A stretch of 64,000 nucleotides of DNA from positions 2,304,001 to 2,368,000 of the forward strand of contig OZ243913.1 of assembly GCA_965213705.1 (NCBI GenBank), given 5' to 3'. This stretch comes from Trueperaceae bacterium (GTDB taxonomy: Bacteria; Deinococcota; Deinococci; Deinococcales; Trueperaceae). Positions 20,096-31,472 of the stretch are shown here, in pieces. The notes under the pieces were generated by a model. The model saw only the letters and a program-made list of their open reading frames with translations, ran no database searches and was not told the DNA's origin. The position numbers and the translations under genes are program-made. Position 1 is the stretch's first letter. Every line of letters starts with the position of its first letter.

Positions 20096-20536
20096 ATGGA
20101 TAAGGTAAAAACATCCGATAAAAAACAAATCTTCAACTTTTTCGAACAATTGGACAGCCGTGAGAGGCGTAGTAAAACGGTATTCTTCAATACACTAAAG
20201 GCTTTTGAAGCTTTAGCAGGTTTAGGGCTTGTTTCATATTTGGTGCAAGCCAGTTTAACTCCTAATTTTGTACAAAGCCCCAATTCAAATTTGTTGTTGA
20301 TTGTAGTTTTGTTGGTGATTCTTACACTTCTTCTTATTTCATCATACATCTTTTTAATTATTTGGTCATTTAAGCAAATCTGGAAGTGTTTGGGATGCCC
20401 AGAGTCACAGCTTAGCCAACCGAAAAACGTTTTTCGGTTAGTAGTGATTCTACTTACAGTGTGTGGAACACTTATTTTGGTCTACAGCAACTTACTCACT
20501 AGCATCATCTACCAGCTTTCCACAATTCTGCCTTAA
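20096..20536 (+). CDS. low-GC hypothetical membrane protein (3 TM)
   Basis: 146-aa ORF with three hydrophobic stretches, AT-rich; TATAGT 5 nt before ATG. Confidence 0.55.
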   Translation: MDKVKTSDKKQIFNFFEQLDSRERRSKTVFFNTLKAFEALAGLGLVSYLVQASLTPNFVQSPNSNLLLIVVLLVILTLLLISSYIFLIIWSFKQIWKCLGCPESQLSQPKNVFRLVVILLTVCGTLILVYSNLLTSIIYQLSTILP

Positions 20537-20594
20537 TGAGACTTGCGCGAGAAAGGTTCTACATTTTCGTCACTCGTGTATGATAAAAGTCAGG

Positions 20595-20840
20595 ATGAAT
20601 GAGCCAACAGTATCTCTCGTCGAATCAAATCCAGCAATCATGATGGGTAAACCCATTATTGCAGGTACACGTATTACGGTAGAGTCCATTTTGGAAAAAC
20701 TTGCCAGCGGTGAAAGCAGGGAACAACTTCTCAAAGCCCATCCTAGACTGACGACGGAGGCCATAGATGCAGCCCTGGCTTTTGCTGCTCGAGCCCTTCG
20801 TGCTGATGTAGTTTACCCTCTACCCGGCAAGGCGGCGTGA
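20595..20840 (+). CDS. DUF433 family antitoxin
   Basis: NPAIMMGKPIIAGTRITVESILEKL...HPRLT..I.AAL. Confidence 0.9.
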   Translation: MNEPTVSLVESNPAIMMGKPIIAGTRITVESILEKLASGESREQLLKAHPRLTTEAIDAALAFAARALRADVVYPLPGKAA

Positions 20841-21190
20841 CCTTTGTTGCCGATGAAGGTGTAGATAACGCCATCGTCAGCAGGTTGCGAAACGAAGAGT
20901 ATGAAGTTCTCTACGTTGCAGAAATGTCACCGAGTATCTCCGACGGTGAGGTTTTGGACCGAGCGAACGAGGTTCAAGCCCTTCTCATCACGGAGGACAA
21001 AGACTTTGGTGAATTAGTGTTTCGACTGAAGCGCATCCACGGTGGTGTTATTCTACTCAGACTTCACGGTCTGGGTTCTGAACTAAAGGCAAAGATGGTT
21101 GCTGAGACTGTTCAGAAACATAGCGCTGAGATGACAAACGCATTCACAGTCATCTCGCACAGTTCAGTGCGTATCCGCTCCGAACCGTAG
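20837..21190 (+). CDS. DUF5615 family PIN-like toxin
   Basis: FVADEGV, D.EVL..A, LITEDKDFGELVF, GVILLR; GTGA overlap with DUF433. Confidence 0.88.
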   Translation: MTFVADEGVDNAIVSRLRNEEYEVLYVAEMSPSISDGEVLDRANEVQALLITEDKDFGELVFRLKRIHGGVILLRLHGLGSELKAKMVAETVQKHSAEMTNAFTVISHSSVRIRSEP

Positions 21191-21309
21191 TGCGACGCCT
21201 GTATGGCTATACGCTGCAAGAGACGCCAACAGGTTGTTAGAAAAATTGACCGTTGCCCCTTGCTCACTCTCAGCAACAGCTTTTCGGCAGTACAGGTATA
21301 CTTACCCTC

Positions 21310-22071
21310 ATGAAAATCCTTGCTTCCAACGACGACGGCATGTTTTCGCCCGGTTTGCACGCGCTGGCGCTGGCCCTGAGCGAGGTCGCCGACGAAGTTC
21401 TGGTGGTCGCGCCGGACGTCGAGCAGAGCGCGTCCGGGCACGCCATCACGGTACGCCGCCCGTTGCGCTACACGCGCACGAGGCTCGAGCTGCCCCCCAA
21501 CGTGACCGCTTTTCGCGTTGACGGCACTCCGGCCGACTGTGTGGTGTTGGGCGTCCACAACGGCGGGCGACCGGACGTGGTCGTCTCCGGCATCAACCTG
21601 GGCTCGAACCTCGGCTACGACGTGACCCACTCGGGCACCGTGGCGGCGGCGATGGAGGGCACGACCATGGACATCCCGTCGCTCGCGTTTTCACTGCGCA
21701 CCGGCGACGCCGAGCTGGATTTTTCCCACGCCGCCGCCTTTGCCGCCGACCTCGCGCCGCGCGTGGCGCGCGAAGGACTTCCTAAGCGCACCCTCCTAAA
21801 CGTCAACTTTCCGGTGGGCCGGCCCAAAGGCGTGTTGCTCGCCCGACAGTCGACGCACAACTGGCAAGACACGGTGGTGGCGCGCGAAGACCCCGAGGGC
21901 GTGCCCTACTACTGGATAGCCGGTAAACCGGTCGGCTCGGAGGAGCCCGACACCGATTACACGGCGGTCGTGGGCGGCTACGCGGCCGTCACCCCGCTGC
22001 ACCTTGACATGACGCAGGGCAGCTTTTTTGACCGGCTCAGCGGTTTTTTGCCCACCCTGAAGGTAGCTTAG
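21310..22071 (+). CDS. surE: 5'/3'-nucleotidase SurE
   Basis: ILASNDDG, DGTPADCV, SGINLGSN, SGTVAAA. Confidence 0.96.
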   Translation: MKILASNDDGMFSPGLHALALALSEVADEVLVVAPDVEQSASGHAITVRRPLRYTRTRLELPPNVTAFRVDGTPADCVVLGVHNGGRPDVVVSGINLGSNLGYDVTHSGTVAAAMEGTTMDIPSLAFSLRTGDAELDFSHAAAFAADLAPRVAREGLPKRTLLNVNFPVGRPKGVLLARQSTHNWQDTVVAREDPEGVPYYWIAGKPVGSEEPDTDYTAVVGGYAAVTPLHLDMTQGSFFDRLSGFLPTLKVA

Positions 22072-22088
22072 AAAGGTGACCTAGAACC

Positions 22089-23093
22089 GTGCCGGACTTG
22101 TCAGCGCTGCGCGGCGCGCTCTTGACTGCTGTGCTGAAAGCTTTGCCGACGCAGCACGGCAACCCCGACCTGAACGACTTTTACGCCCTGCTCCGCGACT
22201 ATCCCGCTCGGGGCGGCAAGGCGCTGCGCGGCCTGTTCACGCTGCTCGCCGCCGAGGCCCACGGGGGCGCGTGGCAGGACGCGCTTCAGGTGGCGGCCGC
22301 GCTGGAGCTTTTCCAGAGTTGGGTACTCGTCCACGACGACATCGAGGACGATTCGGAGGAGCGGCGCGGCGCGCCCGCGCTGCACAAGACCGTAGGGATG
22401 CCGGTCGCGCTCAACGTGGGCGACGCGCTGCACGTCTACATGTGGAGTTTGCTGCACCGCGTTGGTTCCGAGTTGCCCAAGGACGCCATTCTGGACGAGT
22501 TCGTCACGATGATTCACCGCACCGCCGAGGGCCAGCACTTAGACCTGCTGTGGGTGGCGCAAAACCGCTTCGACGTGTCCGAAGCCGATTACCTGGAGAT
22601 GGTGCGCCTCAAGAGCGCGTTTTACACGGTCGTGTCGCCGCTGAAACTGGGTGCGCTGTGCGCGGGGCAACAGCCCGACGAACGCTTTGAGACCTTGGGC
22701 ACCGCCCTGGGCGTCGCGTTTCAAATCCGCGACGACGTGCTCAACCTGACGCCCGGCGACAGCGGCTACGGTAAAGAGTTTGCGGGCGACTTGTACGAGG
22801 CCAAACGCACGCTCGTCTTGGCCCACCTGTTCGCCTGCGCCACACCCGCCGAGGCCGAGGAAACTACCCTACGTCTCGCGAAGCCGAGGACGGAACGCAC
22901 GCCGGACGACGTGGCGCGGGTGCTGGGGCTCGTCCACCGTTACAAGGCTCTCGACTACGCGCAAAGCGTGGCGGAGCAAAAAGCCGCCGAGGGTTTGGCC
23001 TTACTCGCAGAGGTGACGCCGGACCTAGCGAACCCCACGGCCGCCGCCGAACTGTCCGGGTTGCTCGAGACCCTGTCGAACCGTACCGCCTGA
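22089..23093 (+). CDS. polyprenyl (geranylgeranyl) diphosphate synthase
   Basis: GGKALR, LVHDDIEDDSEERRG, EGQHLD, FQIRDDVLN. Confidence 0.92.
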   Translation: MPDLSALRGALLTAVLKALPTQHGNPDLNDFYALLRDYPARGGKALRGLFTLLAAEAHGGAWQDALQVAAALELFQSWVLVHDDIEDDSEERRGAPALHKTVGMPVALNVGDALHVYMWSLLHRVGSELPKDAILDEFVTMIHRTAEGQHLDLLWVAQNRFDVSEADYLEMVRLKSAFYTVVSPLKLGALCAGQQPDERFETLGTALGVAFQIRDDVLNLTPGDSGYGKEFAGDLYEAKRTLVLAHLFACATPAEAEETTLRLAKPRTERTPDDVARVLGLVHRYKALDYAQSVAEQKAAEGLALLAEVTPDLANPTAAAELSGLLETLSNRTA

Positions 23094-23278
23094 ACTCGGC
23101 AGCCCCGGCGGCCCAGCGCTGCAACGCAGAACGCGCCGCGGTTCTCTTCGCACCGGCACCGATGCCCAAGCGTCCGGTCATGACGGCTAACCCCTGTCGA
23201 GCCGGCCGGTCACCGGTTGGGTGAACTTGCGCGACCTGCCAACGCCCGTACCCGAAGCGCTACAATAAAAAACGACTC

Positions 23279-23896
23279 GTGACCCTGTTCTCTCTCAGCC
23301 GCTGTCCCGTCTGCCGGGTGCGGGCCTCCGCGCCGCGCGGCGCTTGCAGCCTGTGTCTTGACAACTTGTTCGCGCCCCAGGTGCAAGTAGACCTACTCAC
23401 CTTGGGCGTGTACGAGGGCAAGCTCGAGGCGGCGGTGCGGGCCTTTAAGTTTCAACACGCGACGCGCTTGGCGGGCGTGTTCGGCGTGGCGCTCGCCGCC
23501 GAAGTGAAGCGCCTGGGCTGGCAGGTCGACAGTGTCTGCGCCGTACCCCTTCACTGGCGGCGCTATTTGCACCGCGGCTATAACCAGTCGGCGCTCATCG
23601 CTGCCAAAGTTGCAACTGAACTCGACTGTCCTTACACGCCGCTGCTCACGCGCACCAAGGCCACCCACCAACAGGCCCGTTTGCGGCGCGCAGACCGTTT
23701 CGAAAACGTCAAAGGCGTTTTTCGGGCCGGAGGTGGGACCGGTGCCAACGGTAGCCCCAACCTGCGCGGGAAGCGCGTGCTTCTTATAGACGACGTCGTC
23801 ACGAGCGGGGCAACGACGGCGGCTTGCAAGAGCGTCCTCGAGCGCGCCGGCGCCGCCGAGGTCAAAATAGCCGCTGTGGCCCGAGCAAGAGTATGA
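23279..23896 (+). CDS. comF: ComF family protein (amidophosphoribosyltransferase-like)
   Basis: CPVC...CSLC, VPLH, RGYNQS, LLIDDVVTSGAT. Confidence 0.92.
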   Translation: MTLFSLSRCPVCRVRASAPRGACSLCLDNLFAPQVQVDLLTLGVYEGKLEAAVRAFKFQHATRLAGVFGVALAAEVKRLGWQVDSVCAVPLHWRRYLHRGYNQSALIAAKVATELDCPYTPLLTRTKATHQQARLRRADRFENVKGVFRAGGGTGANGSPNLRGKRVLLIDDVVTSGATTAACKSVLERAGAAEVKIAAVARARV

Positions 23897-23911
23897 ACCT
23901 CGAGGGCACAA

Positions 23912-24200
23912 CCCGATTCATCCCGCGGGCTGCCACCTTACAGAAAGCTTCTGACAAAAAGAGTTTGAACACAAAAGGGTGACTGGGGAGTGATACCCTT
24001 TCCGGTTCATGACTATTAACCCGTGCAAACAGTCCTGAATCACAGCTGTGACTATAACGGCTGAGCGTTGAGCCGTCACCGCTAGTTTCGCTGGCTCAGG
24101 ACTGTCCAGCGAGAAGAAACTGTTGCGGACTGAAGACTTAGAATCCGTATGAAGTGAGGTTAAATCCCGCTGGGACGCAAGTTTTGAGCGGCGAATCGGG
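23912..24200 (+). ncRNA. candidate large structured ncRNA (unassigned)
   Basis: Nested long-range stems CCCGATTC/GAATCGGG, TCCCGCGGG/CCCGCTGGGA, ACCTTAC/GTGAGGT enclosing several hairpins incl. ACAGTCCTGA/TCAGGACTGT; wobble pairs work only on + strand. Confidence 0.6.
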
Positions 24201-24255
24201 GTCGAACCCGAACCCCAATTTGGGAGGACACCCTGGCTTTCGGGTTGCCCAGGCC

Positions 24256-24285
24256 TTGCTTTCTGTTCGGATGTCCCTATATAAT
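24256..24285 (+). promoter_or_regulatory. str operon promoter
   Basis: TTGCTT-N18-TATAAT ~170 nt upstream of rpsL. Confidence 0.75.
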
Positions 24286-24453
24286 ACACAGGTTTGCATC
24301 CCCCTGGCTTGCAGCGCTAAGTCTGGGGGCCGGTTTGTTGCGTGGTTATGAAGCTTTACCGCTCGCTCGTTCACGTACTCACCACACAAGTTATTTGGCT
24401 ATTCGTTCGACGCTGTTCGTTCAACCCTGCACCGCCAGGGGATTTACAAGGGA

Positions 24454-24858
24454 GTGATGACGCTGCCAACCGTCAACCAGCTACTGCGCAAAGGGCGCAA
24501 AACGCTTAAGAAAAAGAACAAAACCCCGGCTCTCAAGGGGAGTCCGCAACGCCGTGGCGTCTGCACCGTCGTCAAGACGCAAACGCCCAAAAAGCCGAAC
24601 TCGGCGCTGCGCAAAATCGCGCGGGTGCGCCTTTCCAGCGGCTACGAGGTCACGGCTTATATTCCCGGCGAGAAGCACAACCTGCAAGAGCATTCGGTCG
24701 TGCTGATTCGCGGCGGCCGGGTCAAAGACCTGCCGGGCGTTCGCTACCACATCGTCCGCGGCGCGCTCGACACCCAGGGCGTCGGCGTCGGCCGTTACGT
24801 CCAGCGCAACCAGGGCCGGAGCAAGTACGGCTCCAAAAAGCCCAAGGCGAAGAAGTAG
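24454..24858 (+). CDS. rpsL: 30S ribosomal protein S12
   Basis: [22 protein letters not shown]. Confidence 0.99.
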   Translation: MMTLPTVNQLLRKGRKTLKKKNKTPALKGSPQRRGVCTVVKTQTPKKPNSALRKIARVRLSSGYEVTAYIPGEKHNLQEHSVVLIRGGRVKDLPGVRYHIVRGALDTQGVGVGRYVQRNQGRSKYGSKKPKAKK

Positions 24859-24869
24859 GAGTTTAGAGT

Positions 24870-25340
24870 ATGGCACGCAGACGCAGAGCCGAAATCCGTC
24901 CCATCGAGCCCGACCTGGTGTACGCGGACACCACGGTGACCTCGTTCATCAACAAGATGATGCGTGAGGGCAAGAAAAATTTGTCCAGCCGCATCTTCTA
25001 CGGCGCTTGCCGGCTGGTGCAGGAGCGCAGCGGGCAAGAGCCCCTGAAGGTGTTCCGCCAGGCCGTCGACAACGTCAAACCGCGCATCGAGGTCAAAAGC
25101 CGCCGTGTGGGCGGGGCGACGTACCAGGTGCCGGTCGAGGTCAACCCGCGCCGCTCGCAGTCGTTGAGTTTGCGCTGGCTCGTCGCCGCCTCGGACTCGC
25201 GTCCGGAGCGCACCGCGGTCGAGCGCGTAGCGGGCGAACTGCTCGACGCCGCTGCCGGCCGCGGCGGCGCCGTCAAGAAAAAAGACGACGTCGAACGCAT
25301 GGCCGAAGCCAACCGCGCTTACGCGCACTACCGCTGGTAG
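24870..25340 (+). CDS. rpsG: 30S ribosomal protein S7
   Basis: SRRVGGATYQVP, MAEANRAYAHYRW. Confidence 0.99.
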   Translation: MARRRRAEIRPIEPDLVYADTTVTSFINKMMREGKKNLSSRIFYGACRLVQERSGQEPLKVFRQAVDNVKPRIEVKSRRVGGATYQVPVEVNPRRSQSLSLRWLVAASDSRPERTAVERVAGELLDAAAGRGGAVKKKDDVERMAEANRAYAHYRW

Positions 25341-25396
25341 AAAGGAGCAAGCACTTCGGCGTTTCAGCCCCAAGCTGTTGAGCTGAGCTGTACATT

Positions 25397-27469
25397 ATGG
25401 CAACCAAAACAGGTATTGACTTAACCAAAACCCGCAACATCGGCATCGCCGCGCACATCGACGCGGGCAAGACGACGCTGACCGAGCGCATCCTCTTTTT
25501 TACCGGCCGTATTCACAAAACCGGCGAGGTTCACGAGGGTGCCGCGACGATGGACTGGATGGAGCAAGAGCGCGAGCGCGGCATAACCATCACCTCGGCG
25601 GTCACCACGGCAACCTGGAAAGACGCGCGCATCAACATCATCGACACGCCGGGCCACGTGGACTTCACGATGGAGGTGGAGCGTTCGATGCGCGTCCTCG
25701 ACGCGGCCGTCGCCGTGTTCGACGGTTCGCAAGGCGTCGAGCCGCAGTCGGAAACCGTGTGGCGGCAGGCCGACAAGTACAAAGTGCCCCGCCTCGCCTT
25801 CGCCAACAAGATGGACAAGACCGGCGCGGACTTTCAGCTCGTGCTGGACTCGATGGAAGAACGTCTCGGCGCGAACGCGGTGCCGATTCAGTGGCCCATC
25901 GGCCGCGAGGACAGCTTCAAAGGGCTTATCGACCTCGTCGAGATGCAGGCTTACACCTACCTCGACGACTTGGGCCAAGACATCGAAGTGAGCGACATTC
26001 CCGCCGACTATCAAGAGATTGCCAAAGAGAAACGCAACCTGATGATTGAAAAGCTCGCCGACGTCGACGACGAAGTGGCGATGCTGTTTCTCGAGGGCGA
26101 AGAAGTGCCCAGCGCTACCATCAACGCCGCGATTCGCAAAGGCGTTATCAGCCTGAACGTGTTTCCGGTGCTCTGCGGTTCAGCGCTGAAAAACAAGGGC
26201 GTGCAGCGCCTTTTGGACGCCGTGACCCTCTATTTGCCGAGCCCGCTCGATGTGCCCGCCATCAGGGGCGTGTTGCCCGACAACGGCGAAGAGACGAGCC
26301 GCGCCGCCGAAGACGACGCGCCGACCTCGGCCCTGGCCTTCAAGATTATGACCGACCCCTACGTGGGCCGGTTGACCTTTGTGCGGGTGTACTCGGGCGT
26401 TTTGGAGTCGGGGAGTTACGTTTACAACGCCTCCAAGGGCAAGCGTGAGCGCATCGGGCGCTTGATGAAAATGCACTCGAACAACCGCGAAGAGGTCGAC
26501 CGCATCGGCGCGGGTGACTTGGGAGCCGTCATCGGGCTTAAAGACACGACGACCGGCGACACGCTCTGCGACCCGGACCATCTGGTGATTCTCGAGTCCA
26601 TCGAGGTCCCCGAGCCGGTCATCTCGGTCGCCATCGAGCCCGCTTCGAAGGCCGACCAGGACAAGCTCTCGAACGGGCTGGTCAAACTCACCGAAGAGGA
26701 CCCGACCTTCCGCGTCCAGACCGACAGCGAAACCGGCCAGACGGTCATTTCAGGCATGGGCGAGCTTCACCTGGAAATCATCGTGGACAGACTGCGCCGC
26801 GAGTTCAACGTGAACGCCAACGTGGGCGCGCCGCAAGTTGCGTACCGCGAGACGATCACCCGCGCGGTCGACGTACAGGGCAAGTTCGTCCGGCAGTCGG
26901 GCGGGCGCGGTCAGTACGGCGACGTGCGCATCAAGGCGGAACCCTTGGAGCGCGGCAGCGGTTTCGAGTTCGAAAACGCCGTCGTCGGCGGGACGATTCC
27001 CCGCGAATTTATCCCCGCCGTGCAAAAGGGTGTCGAAGAAGCGATGCAAAACGGGCCGCTGCTGGGTTTCCCCATCGTCGACGTAAAAGTCGTTCTTTAC
27101 GACGGTTCCTACCACGAGGTCGACTCCTCCGAGATGGCTTTCAAGATTGCCGCTTCGATGGCGATTCGCGAGGTCATGAACAAGGGCGGGGCGACTGTTC
27201 TCGAGCCCATCATGCGCGTCGAAGTCGTCACCCCTGAGACCTACATGGGCGACGCCATCGGCAGCTTGAACTCGCGCCGCGGCCAGATTCAGGGAATGCA
27301 GCCGCGTGGCAACGCGCAAGTCATCAACGCCAACGTGCCCTTGTCCGAGATGTTCGGCTACGCGACCGACCTGCGCAGCTTGACGCAAGGCCGCGCAACT
27401 TTCACTATGTTTTTAGACCACTACGCCCAAGTTCCTAAAAGCGTTCAGGACGAGCTAGTCAAGAAGTAG
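25397..27469 (+). CDS. fusA: elongation factor G
   Basis: [26 protein letters not shown]. Confidence 0.99.
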   Translation: MATKTGIDLTKTRNIGIAAHIDAGKTTLTERILFFTGRIHKTGEVHEGAATMDWMEQERERGITITSAVTTATWKDARINIIDTPGHVDFTMEVERSMRVLDAAVAVFDGSQGVEPQSETVWRQADKYKVPRLAFANKMDKTGADFQLVLDSMEERLGANAVPIQWPIGREDSFKGLIDLVEMQAYTYLDDLGQDIEVSDIPADYQEIAKEKRNLMIEKLADVDDEVAMLFLEGEEVPSATINAAIRKGVISLNVFPVLCGSALKNKGVQRLLDAVTLYLPSPLDVPAIRGVLPDNGEETSRAAEDDAPTSALAFKIMTDPYVGRLTFVRVYSGVLESGSYVYNASKGKRERIGRLMKMHSNNREEVDRIGAGDLGAVIGLKDTTTGDTLCDPDHLVILESIEVPEPVISVAIEPASKADQDKLSNGLVKLTEEDPTFRVQTDSETGQTVISGMGELHLEIIVDRLRREFNVNANVGAPQVAYRETITRAVDVQGKFVRQSGGRGQYGDVRIKAEPLERGSGFEFENAVVGGTIPREFIPAVQKGVEEAMQNGPLLGFPIVDVKVVLYDGSYHEVDSSEMAFKIAASMAIREVMNKGGATVLEPIMRVEVVTPETYMGDAIGSLNSRRGQIQGMQPRGNAQVINANVPLSEMFGYATDLRSLTQGRATFTMFLDHYAQVPKSVQDELVKK

Positions 27470-27536
27470 TCAGGGGTGTCACCTGCGCTTCGCGTGCAGG
27501 TGAGCCTCAATTCTCAATTCAAAAAGGAGCACCACA

Positions 27537-28754
27537 ATGGCAAAAAGCGTATTCCAGCGCACGAAACCGCACGTAAACGTAGGCACGATTGGTCACGTGG
27601 ACCACGGCAAGACCACTTTGACAGCGGCCATCACCTTTACAGCGGCGGCGGCCGACCCGACAGTGACGACGCAAAGCTACGACCAAATCGACAAAGCGCC
27701 CGAAGAGAAAGCTCGGGGCATCACCATCAACACCTCACACGTGGAGTACCAAACGAAAGCGCGCCACTACTCCCACGTCGACTGCCCGGGCCACGCTGAC
27801 TACGTCAAGAACATGATTACCGGTGCCGCGCAGATGGACGGAGCTATTTTGGTGGTCAGCGCCGCCGACGGCCCGATGCCGCAAACGCGCGAACACATCC
27901 TCTTGGCTAGACAAGTGGGCGTGCCTTACATCGTGGTGTTCATGAACAAAACCGACATGGTCGACGACGAAGAACTGCTCGAACTCGTCGAAATGGAAGT
28001 GCGCGAACTGCTCGCCTCCTACGACTTCCCCGGCGACGACATCCCGGTGGTACAAGGCTCGGCTTTGAAAGCCCTAGAAGCCCTGCAAGCCAACCCCAAT
28101 ACCCAACGCGGCGAAAACGAGTGGGTCGATAAAATCTGGGACCTGCTCGACGCGGTGGACAGCTACATCCCCACGCCTGAACGCGACGTCGACAAGGCGT
28201 TCTTGATGCCGGTCGAAGACGTGTTCACCATCACCGGCCGCGGCACCGTGGCGACGGGCAGGGTCGAACGGGGCACGGTCAAGACCGGCGAAGAAATCTC
28301 CATCGTCGGGCTAAGCGACACCAAAAAGACGGTCGTGACCGGTGTCGAGATGCACCGCAAGACGCTCGACTCGGGTCTGGCCGGCGACAACGTAGGCGTG
28401 CTGTTGCGCGGCGTGGGCCGCGACGACATCGAACGAGGTCAAGTGTTAGCCAAACCCGGTTCCATCACTCCCCATACCGTTTTCGACGGGTCGGTGTACA
28501 TCTTGAAGAAAGAAGAAGGCGGCCGGCACAGCGCCTTCTTCACCGGCTACCGGCCGCAGTTTTACTTTCGCACGACCGACGTCACGGGCGTGGTGACTCT
28601 CCCTGAGAGCGTGGAGATGGTGATGCCCGGGGACAATGTGGAGCTGAGTGTCGAACTCATCAAGCCTATAGCGATGGAAGACGGGCTGAGGTTCGCCATC
28701 CGTGAGGGTGGGCGCACCGTGGGGGCTGGCGTGGTTACTAAGGTGACGAAGTAA
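27537..28754 (+). CDS. tuf: elongation factor Tu
   Basis: [28 protein letters not shown]. Confidence 0.99.
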   Translation: MAKSVFQRTKPHVNVGTIGHVDHGKTTLTAAITFTAAAADPTVTTQSYDQIDKAPEEKARGITINTSHVEYQTKARHYSHVDCPGHADYVKNMITGAAQMDGAILVVSAADGPMPQTREHILLARQVGVPYIVVFMNKTDMVDDEELLELVEMEVRELLASYDFPGDDIPVVQGSALKALEALQANPNTQRGENEWVDKIWDLLDAVDSYIPTPERDVDKAFLMPVEDVFTITGRGTVATGRVERGTVKTGEEISIVGLSDTKKTVVTGVEMHRKTLDSGLAGDNVGVLLRGVGRDDIERGQVLAKPGSITPHTVFDGSVYILKKEEGGRHSAFFTGYRPQFYFRTTDVTGVVTLPESVEMVMPGDNVELSVELIKPIAMEDGLRFAIREGGRTVGAGVVTKVTK

Positions 28755-28757
28755 TTT

Positions 28758-29081
28758 ATGGCCGCTACCCCTCGCATCCGCATCAAGCTCAAGGGCTTCG
28801 ACCACAGAAGCTTGGACAGCTCGGCGACAAAAATCGTCGACACGGTTAAGCGCACCGGCGCGAAGGTGGCGGGTCCCGTCCCGCTACCGACCCGCACGCG
28901 GCGCTTCTGCGTGCTCCGGAGCCCTTTTGTCAACAAGGACAGCCGCGAGCATTTTGAAATTCGCACACACAACCGCCTTATCGACATCAAGGCCCCGACT
29001 AAAAGCACCATCGACAGCCTGATGCACTTGGACCTCCCGACCGGGGTGGACATCGAAATCAAGACGGTCGGAGGCAGGTAA
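28758..29081 (+). CDS. rpsJ: 30S ribosomal protein S10
   Basis: [17 protein letters not shown]. Confidence 0.99.
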   Translation: MAATPRIRIKLKGFDHRSLDSSATKIVDTVKRTGAKVAGPVPLPTRTRRFCVLRSPFVNKDSREHFEIRTHNRLIDIKAPTKSTIDSLMHLDLPTGVDIEIKTVGGR

Positions 29082-29085
29082 TAAC

Positions 29086-29706
29086 GTGAAAGGCATTTTA
29101 GGAACCAAAGTGGGCATGACCCAAGTCTGGCAGGGAGACCGACTCGTCCCGGTCACGGTCGTGATGGCCGGACCCTGCCCGGTCGTGCAGCGCAAAGCTC
29201 TGGAGACCGACGGCTACAGCGCCGTGCAGCTCGGTTGGGTGGAAAAGAGCGTCAAAGCCGCCAACAAACCCGAAAAGGGCCACGCCAGAAAGGCCGACCT
29301 GCCACCGCAGCGGCACTTGGTCGAGTTCCGCGACTTCGCGCCCGAAGGGGACGCGGTGACCGTGGAGCTGTTCGAGACCGGGCAAAAGGTCGACGTGACC
29401 GGCACCAGTAAAGGCCGCGGCACCACCGGCGTCATCAAGCGCTGGGGCTTTTCGGGGATGCCCGCGTCGCACGGTGTCAAAAAGAAGCACCGGCACGGGG
29501 GCTCCATCGGTCAGCGCAAGTCGCCGGGCCGTGTTTACAAGGGCAAGAAGATGGCCGGCCACTACGGCGCGGAAACGGTGACGACGGTCGGCTTGGAACT
29601 CGTCGACGTTCGTCCGGACGACAACCTGCTGCTCATCCGCGGCGCGTTGCCGGGTCCGAACGGCGGCCTCGTCATCGTCAAGAACTCACGAAAGCAGGTG
29701 GGCTGA
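29086..29706 (+). CDS. rplC: 50S ribosomal protein L3
   Basis: [23 protein letters not shown]. Confidence 0.99.
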   Translation: MKGILGTKVGMTQVWQGDRLVPVTVVMAGPCPVVQRKALETDGYSAVQLGWVEKSVKAANKPEKGHARKADLPPQRHLVEFRDFAPEGDAVTVELFETGQKVDVTGTSKGRGTTGVIKRWGFSGMPASHGVKKKHRHGGSIGQRKSPGRVYKGKKMAGHYGAETVTTVGLELVDVRPDDNLLLIRGALPGPNGGLVIVKNSRKQVG

Positions 29707-30350
29707 TGCCCGTCACCTTGGACGTGCTCGGCAGCGGGCGCAAACTGACCCTCGACTTGCCCGAGCCCAAAGCGTCGGTGCTCCACGAAGTCGTCAACTG
29801 GCAACTTTCAAAACGCCGCCGCGGCACCGCGCACGCCAAAACGCGCGCCGAAGTCGTCGGCTCGACCGCTAAAATCTATCCGCAAAAAGGCACCGGCCGC
29901 GCGCGCCACGGCAGCCGCAAAGCGCCGATTTTCGTGGGCGGCGGCAAGGCTTTCGGGCCGCGTCCCCGCGACTACGAATACACGCTGCCAAAGCGTGTTC
30001 GCCGCTTGGGGCTGCAGATGGCCTTAGCCGCAAGGGCGAGTGAAGGCAAGCTCACCCTGGTTGAAAACTTCGACATCGGCGGGCGTACTAAAGAGTTTGT
30101 CGCCTGGGCCGCCAGCAACGGCTTCGACGGCCGTGAGCGCGTGCTCTTAGTTACCGACAACGAACTCGCCCGGCGCGCGGCGCGCAACCTCCCCTGGGTG
30201 GGCGTGTTGCCGCGCAAGGGTCTGAACGTTTACGACATCTTGCGTTACGACCGGCTCATCGCCGACGCGACGCTGCTCGAGGCTGGTTCTATGGATAGTT
30301 CGAACGACGGCTCGAGCGCGAACGAAAGGGTTCCCCATGAACCCGCATGA
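29706..30350 (+). CDS. rplD: 50S ribosomal protein L4
   Basis: [19 protein letters not shown]. Confidence 0.99.
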   Translation: MPVTLDVLGSGRKLTLDLPEPKASVLHEVVNWQLSKRRRGTAHAKTRAEVVGSTAKIYPQKGTGRARHGSRKAPIFVGGGKAFGPRPRDYEYTLPKRVRRLGLQMALAARASEGKLTLVENFDIGGRTKEFVAWAASNGFDGRERVLLVTDNELARRAARNLPWVGVLPRKGLNVYDILRYDRLIADATLLEAGSMDSSNDGSSANERVPHEPA

Positions 30351-30624
30351 CGTCGTGCTGCGCCCGGTGATGAGCGAAAAAGCCATTCAGGGCATCGCTG
30401 AGAACAAGTATGCCTTTTACGTTCGACCGGGCGCGAACCGCACCGAGGTCAAAGACTCTATCGAGCGCGTGTTCGACGTGGACGTGGTGAAAATCAACCT
30501 CGTGAATGTGCGGGGGAAAATAAAAACGCTCGGCCGCCACGCGGGCCGCCGCCCGGCGCGCCTAAAAGCCATCGTGACCTTAAAAGAAGGTCAACGCATC
30601 CAAGCTCTCGAAGGTCTCACCTAA
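30337..30624 (+). CDS. rplW: 50S ribosomal protein L23
   Basis: [16 protein letters not shown]; operon position. Confidence 0.98.
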   Translation: MNPHDVVLRPVMSEKAIQGIAENKYAFYVRPGANRTEVKDSIERVFDVDVVKINLVNVRGKIKTLGRHAGRRPARLKAIVTLKEGQRIQALEGLT

Positions 30625-30635
30625 GGAGGGGTCTT

Positions 30636-31472
30636 ATGCCAGTCAAGAGTTATCGCCCTTACACCCCTTCGCGCCGGTTTATGACGACGCCGGACTTTGC
30701 CGAAGTGACCAAAGCCGAGCCGGAGAAGTCGCTGCTCGAGCCGGTCAAACGTAACGGCGGCCGCAACAACCGGGGCCGCATTACCGCGCGCTTTCGCGGC
30801 GGCGGCCACAAGCGCCGCTACCGCGTAGTAGACTTTCGCCGCCGCGACAAAGAGGGCGTGCCCGCCCAAGTCGCTGGCATCGAATACGACCCCAACCGCA
30901 GCGCGAACATCGCCCTGCTGCACTACTTAGACGGCGAAAAGCGCTACATCTTAGCGCCGGAAAAGTTGGCCGTGGGCTCGCGCATCGTCAGCGGTCCCGA
31001 GGCCGAACCCGTGGTGGGCAACGCTATGCCGTTGCGCTTCGTGCCCATCGGCGCGGTCGTCCACAACGTCGAACTCGTGCCGGGCAAGGGCGCGCAGATA
31101 GCCCGCAGCGCGGGCACGAGCATCCAGATTCAAGGCCGTGACGGCGACTACGTCACCTTGCGTTTGCCCTCGGGCGAGTTGCGCCGGATTCACGGCGAGT
31201 GTTACGCCACCGTCGGCGTCGTCGGCAACGCGGAGCACAAGAACCTTACGATGGGCAAAGCCGGGCGCAAGCGCTGGGCCGGCCGCAAACCGCACGTCCG
31301 GGGCCGCGCCATGAACCCGGTCGACCACCCGCACGGCGGCGGCGAAGGCCGCTCCACCGGCGGCCGCCACCCGGTCAGCCCCTGGGGTCAAAAAGCCAAG
31401 GGCCTCAAGACGCGCTCCAAGCGCAAAACCAGTTCGAAATTTATCGTCCGCCGCCGGAAAGGGAGTAAGTAA
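30636..31472 (+). CDS. rplB: 50S ribosomal protein L2
   Basis: [21 protein letters not shown]. Confidence 0.99.
   Translation: MPVKSYRPYTPSRRFMTTPDFAEVTKAEPEKSLLEPVKRNGGRNNRGRITARFRGGGHKRRYRVVDFRRRDKEGVPAQVAGIEYDPNRSANIALLHYLDGEKRYILAPEKLAVGSRIVSGPEAEPVVGNAMPLRFVPIGAVVHNVELVPGKGAQIARSAGTSIQIQGRDGDYVTLRLPSGELRRIHGECYATVGVVGNAEHKNLTMGKAGRKRWAGRKPHVRGRAMNPVDHPHGGGEGRSTGGRHPVSPWGQKAKGLKTRSKRKTSSKFIVRRRKGSK

Noticed and set aside
24004..24036. Group I intron R/S-like words (GTTCATGACTA...CAGTCC) and an I-CeuI-like ACTATAACGG nearby
   Set aside because: There is no room for P3/P8 between them and no flanking exons; the I-CeuI match is only partial.
24198..24216. tRNA/tmRNA-like GGGTTCGACCCC on the minus strand
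   Set aside because: No acceptor stem, CCA end or tag reading frame.
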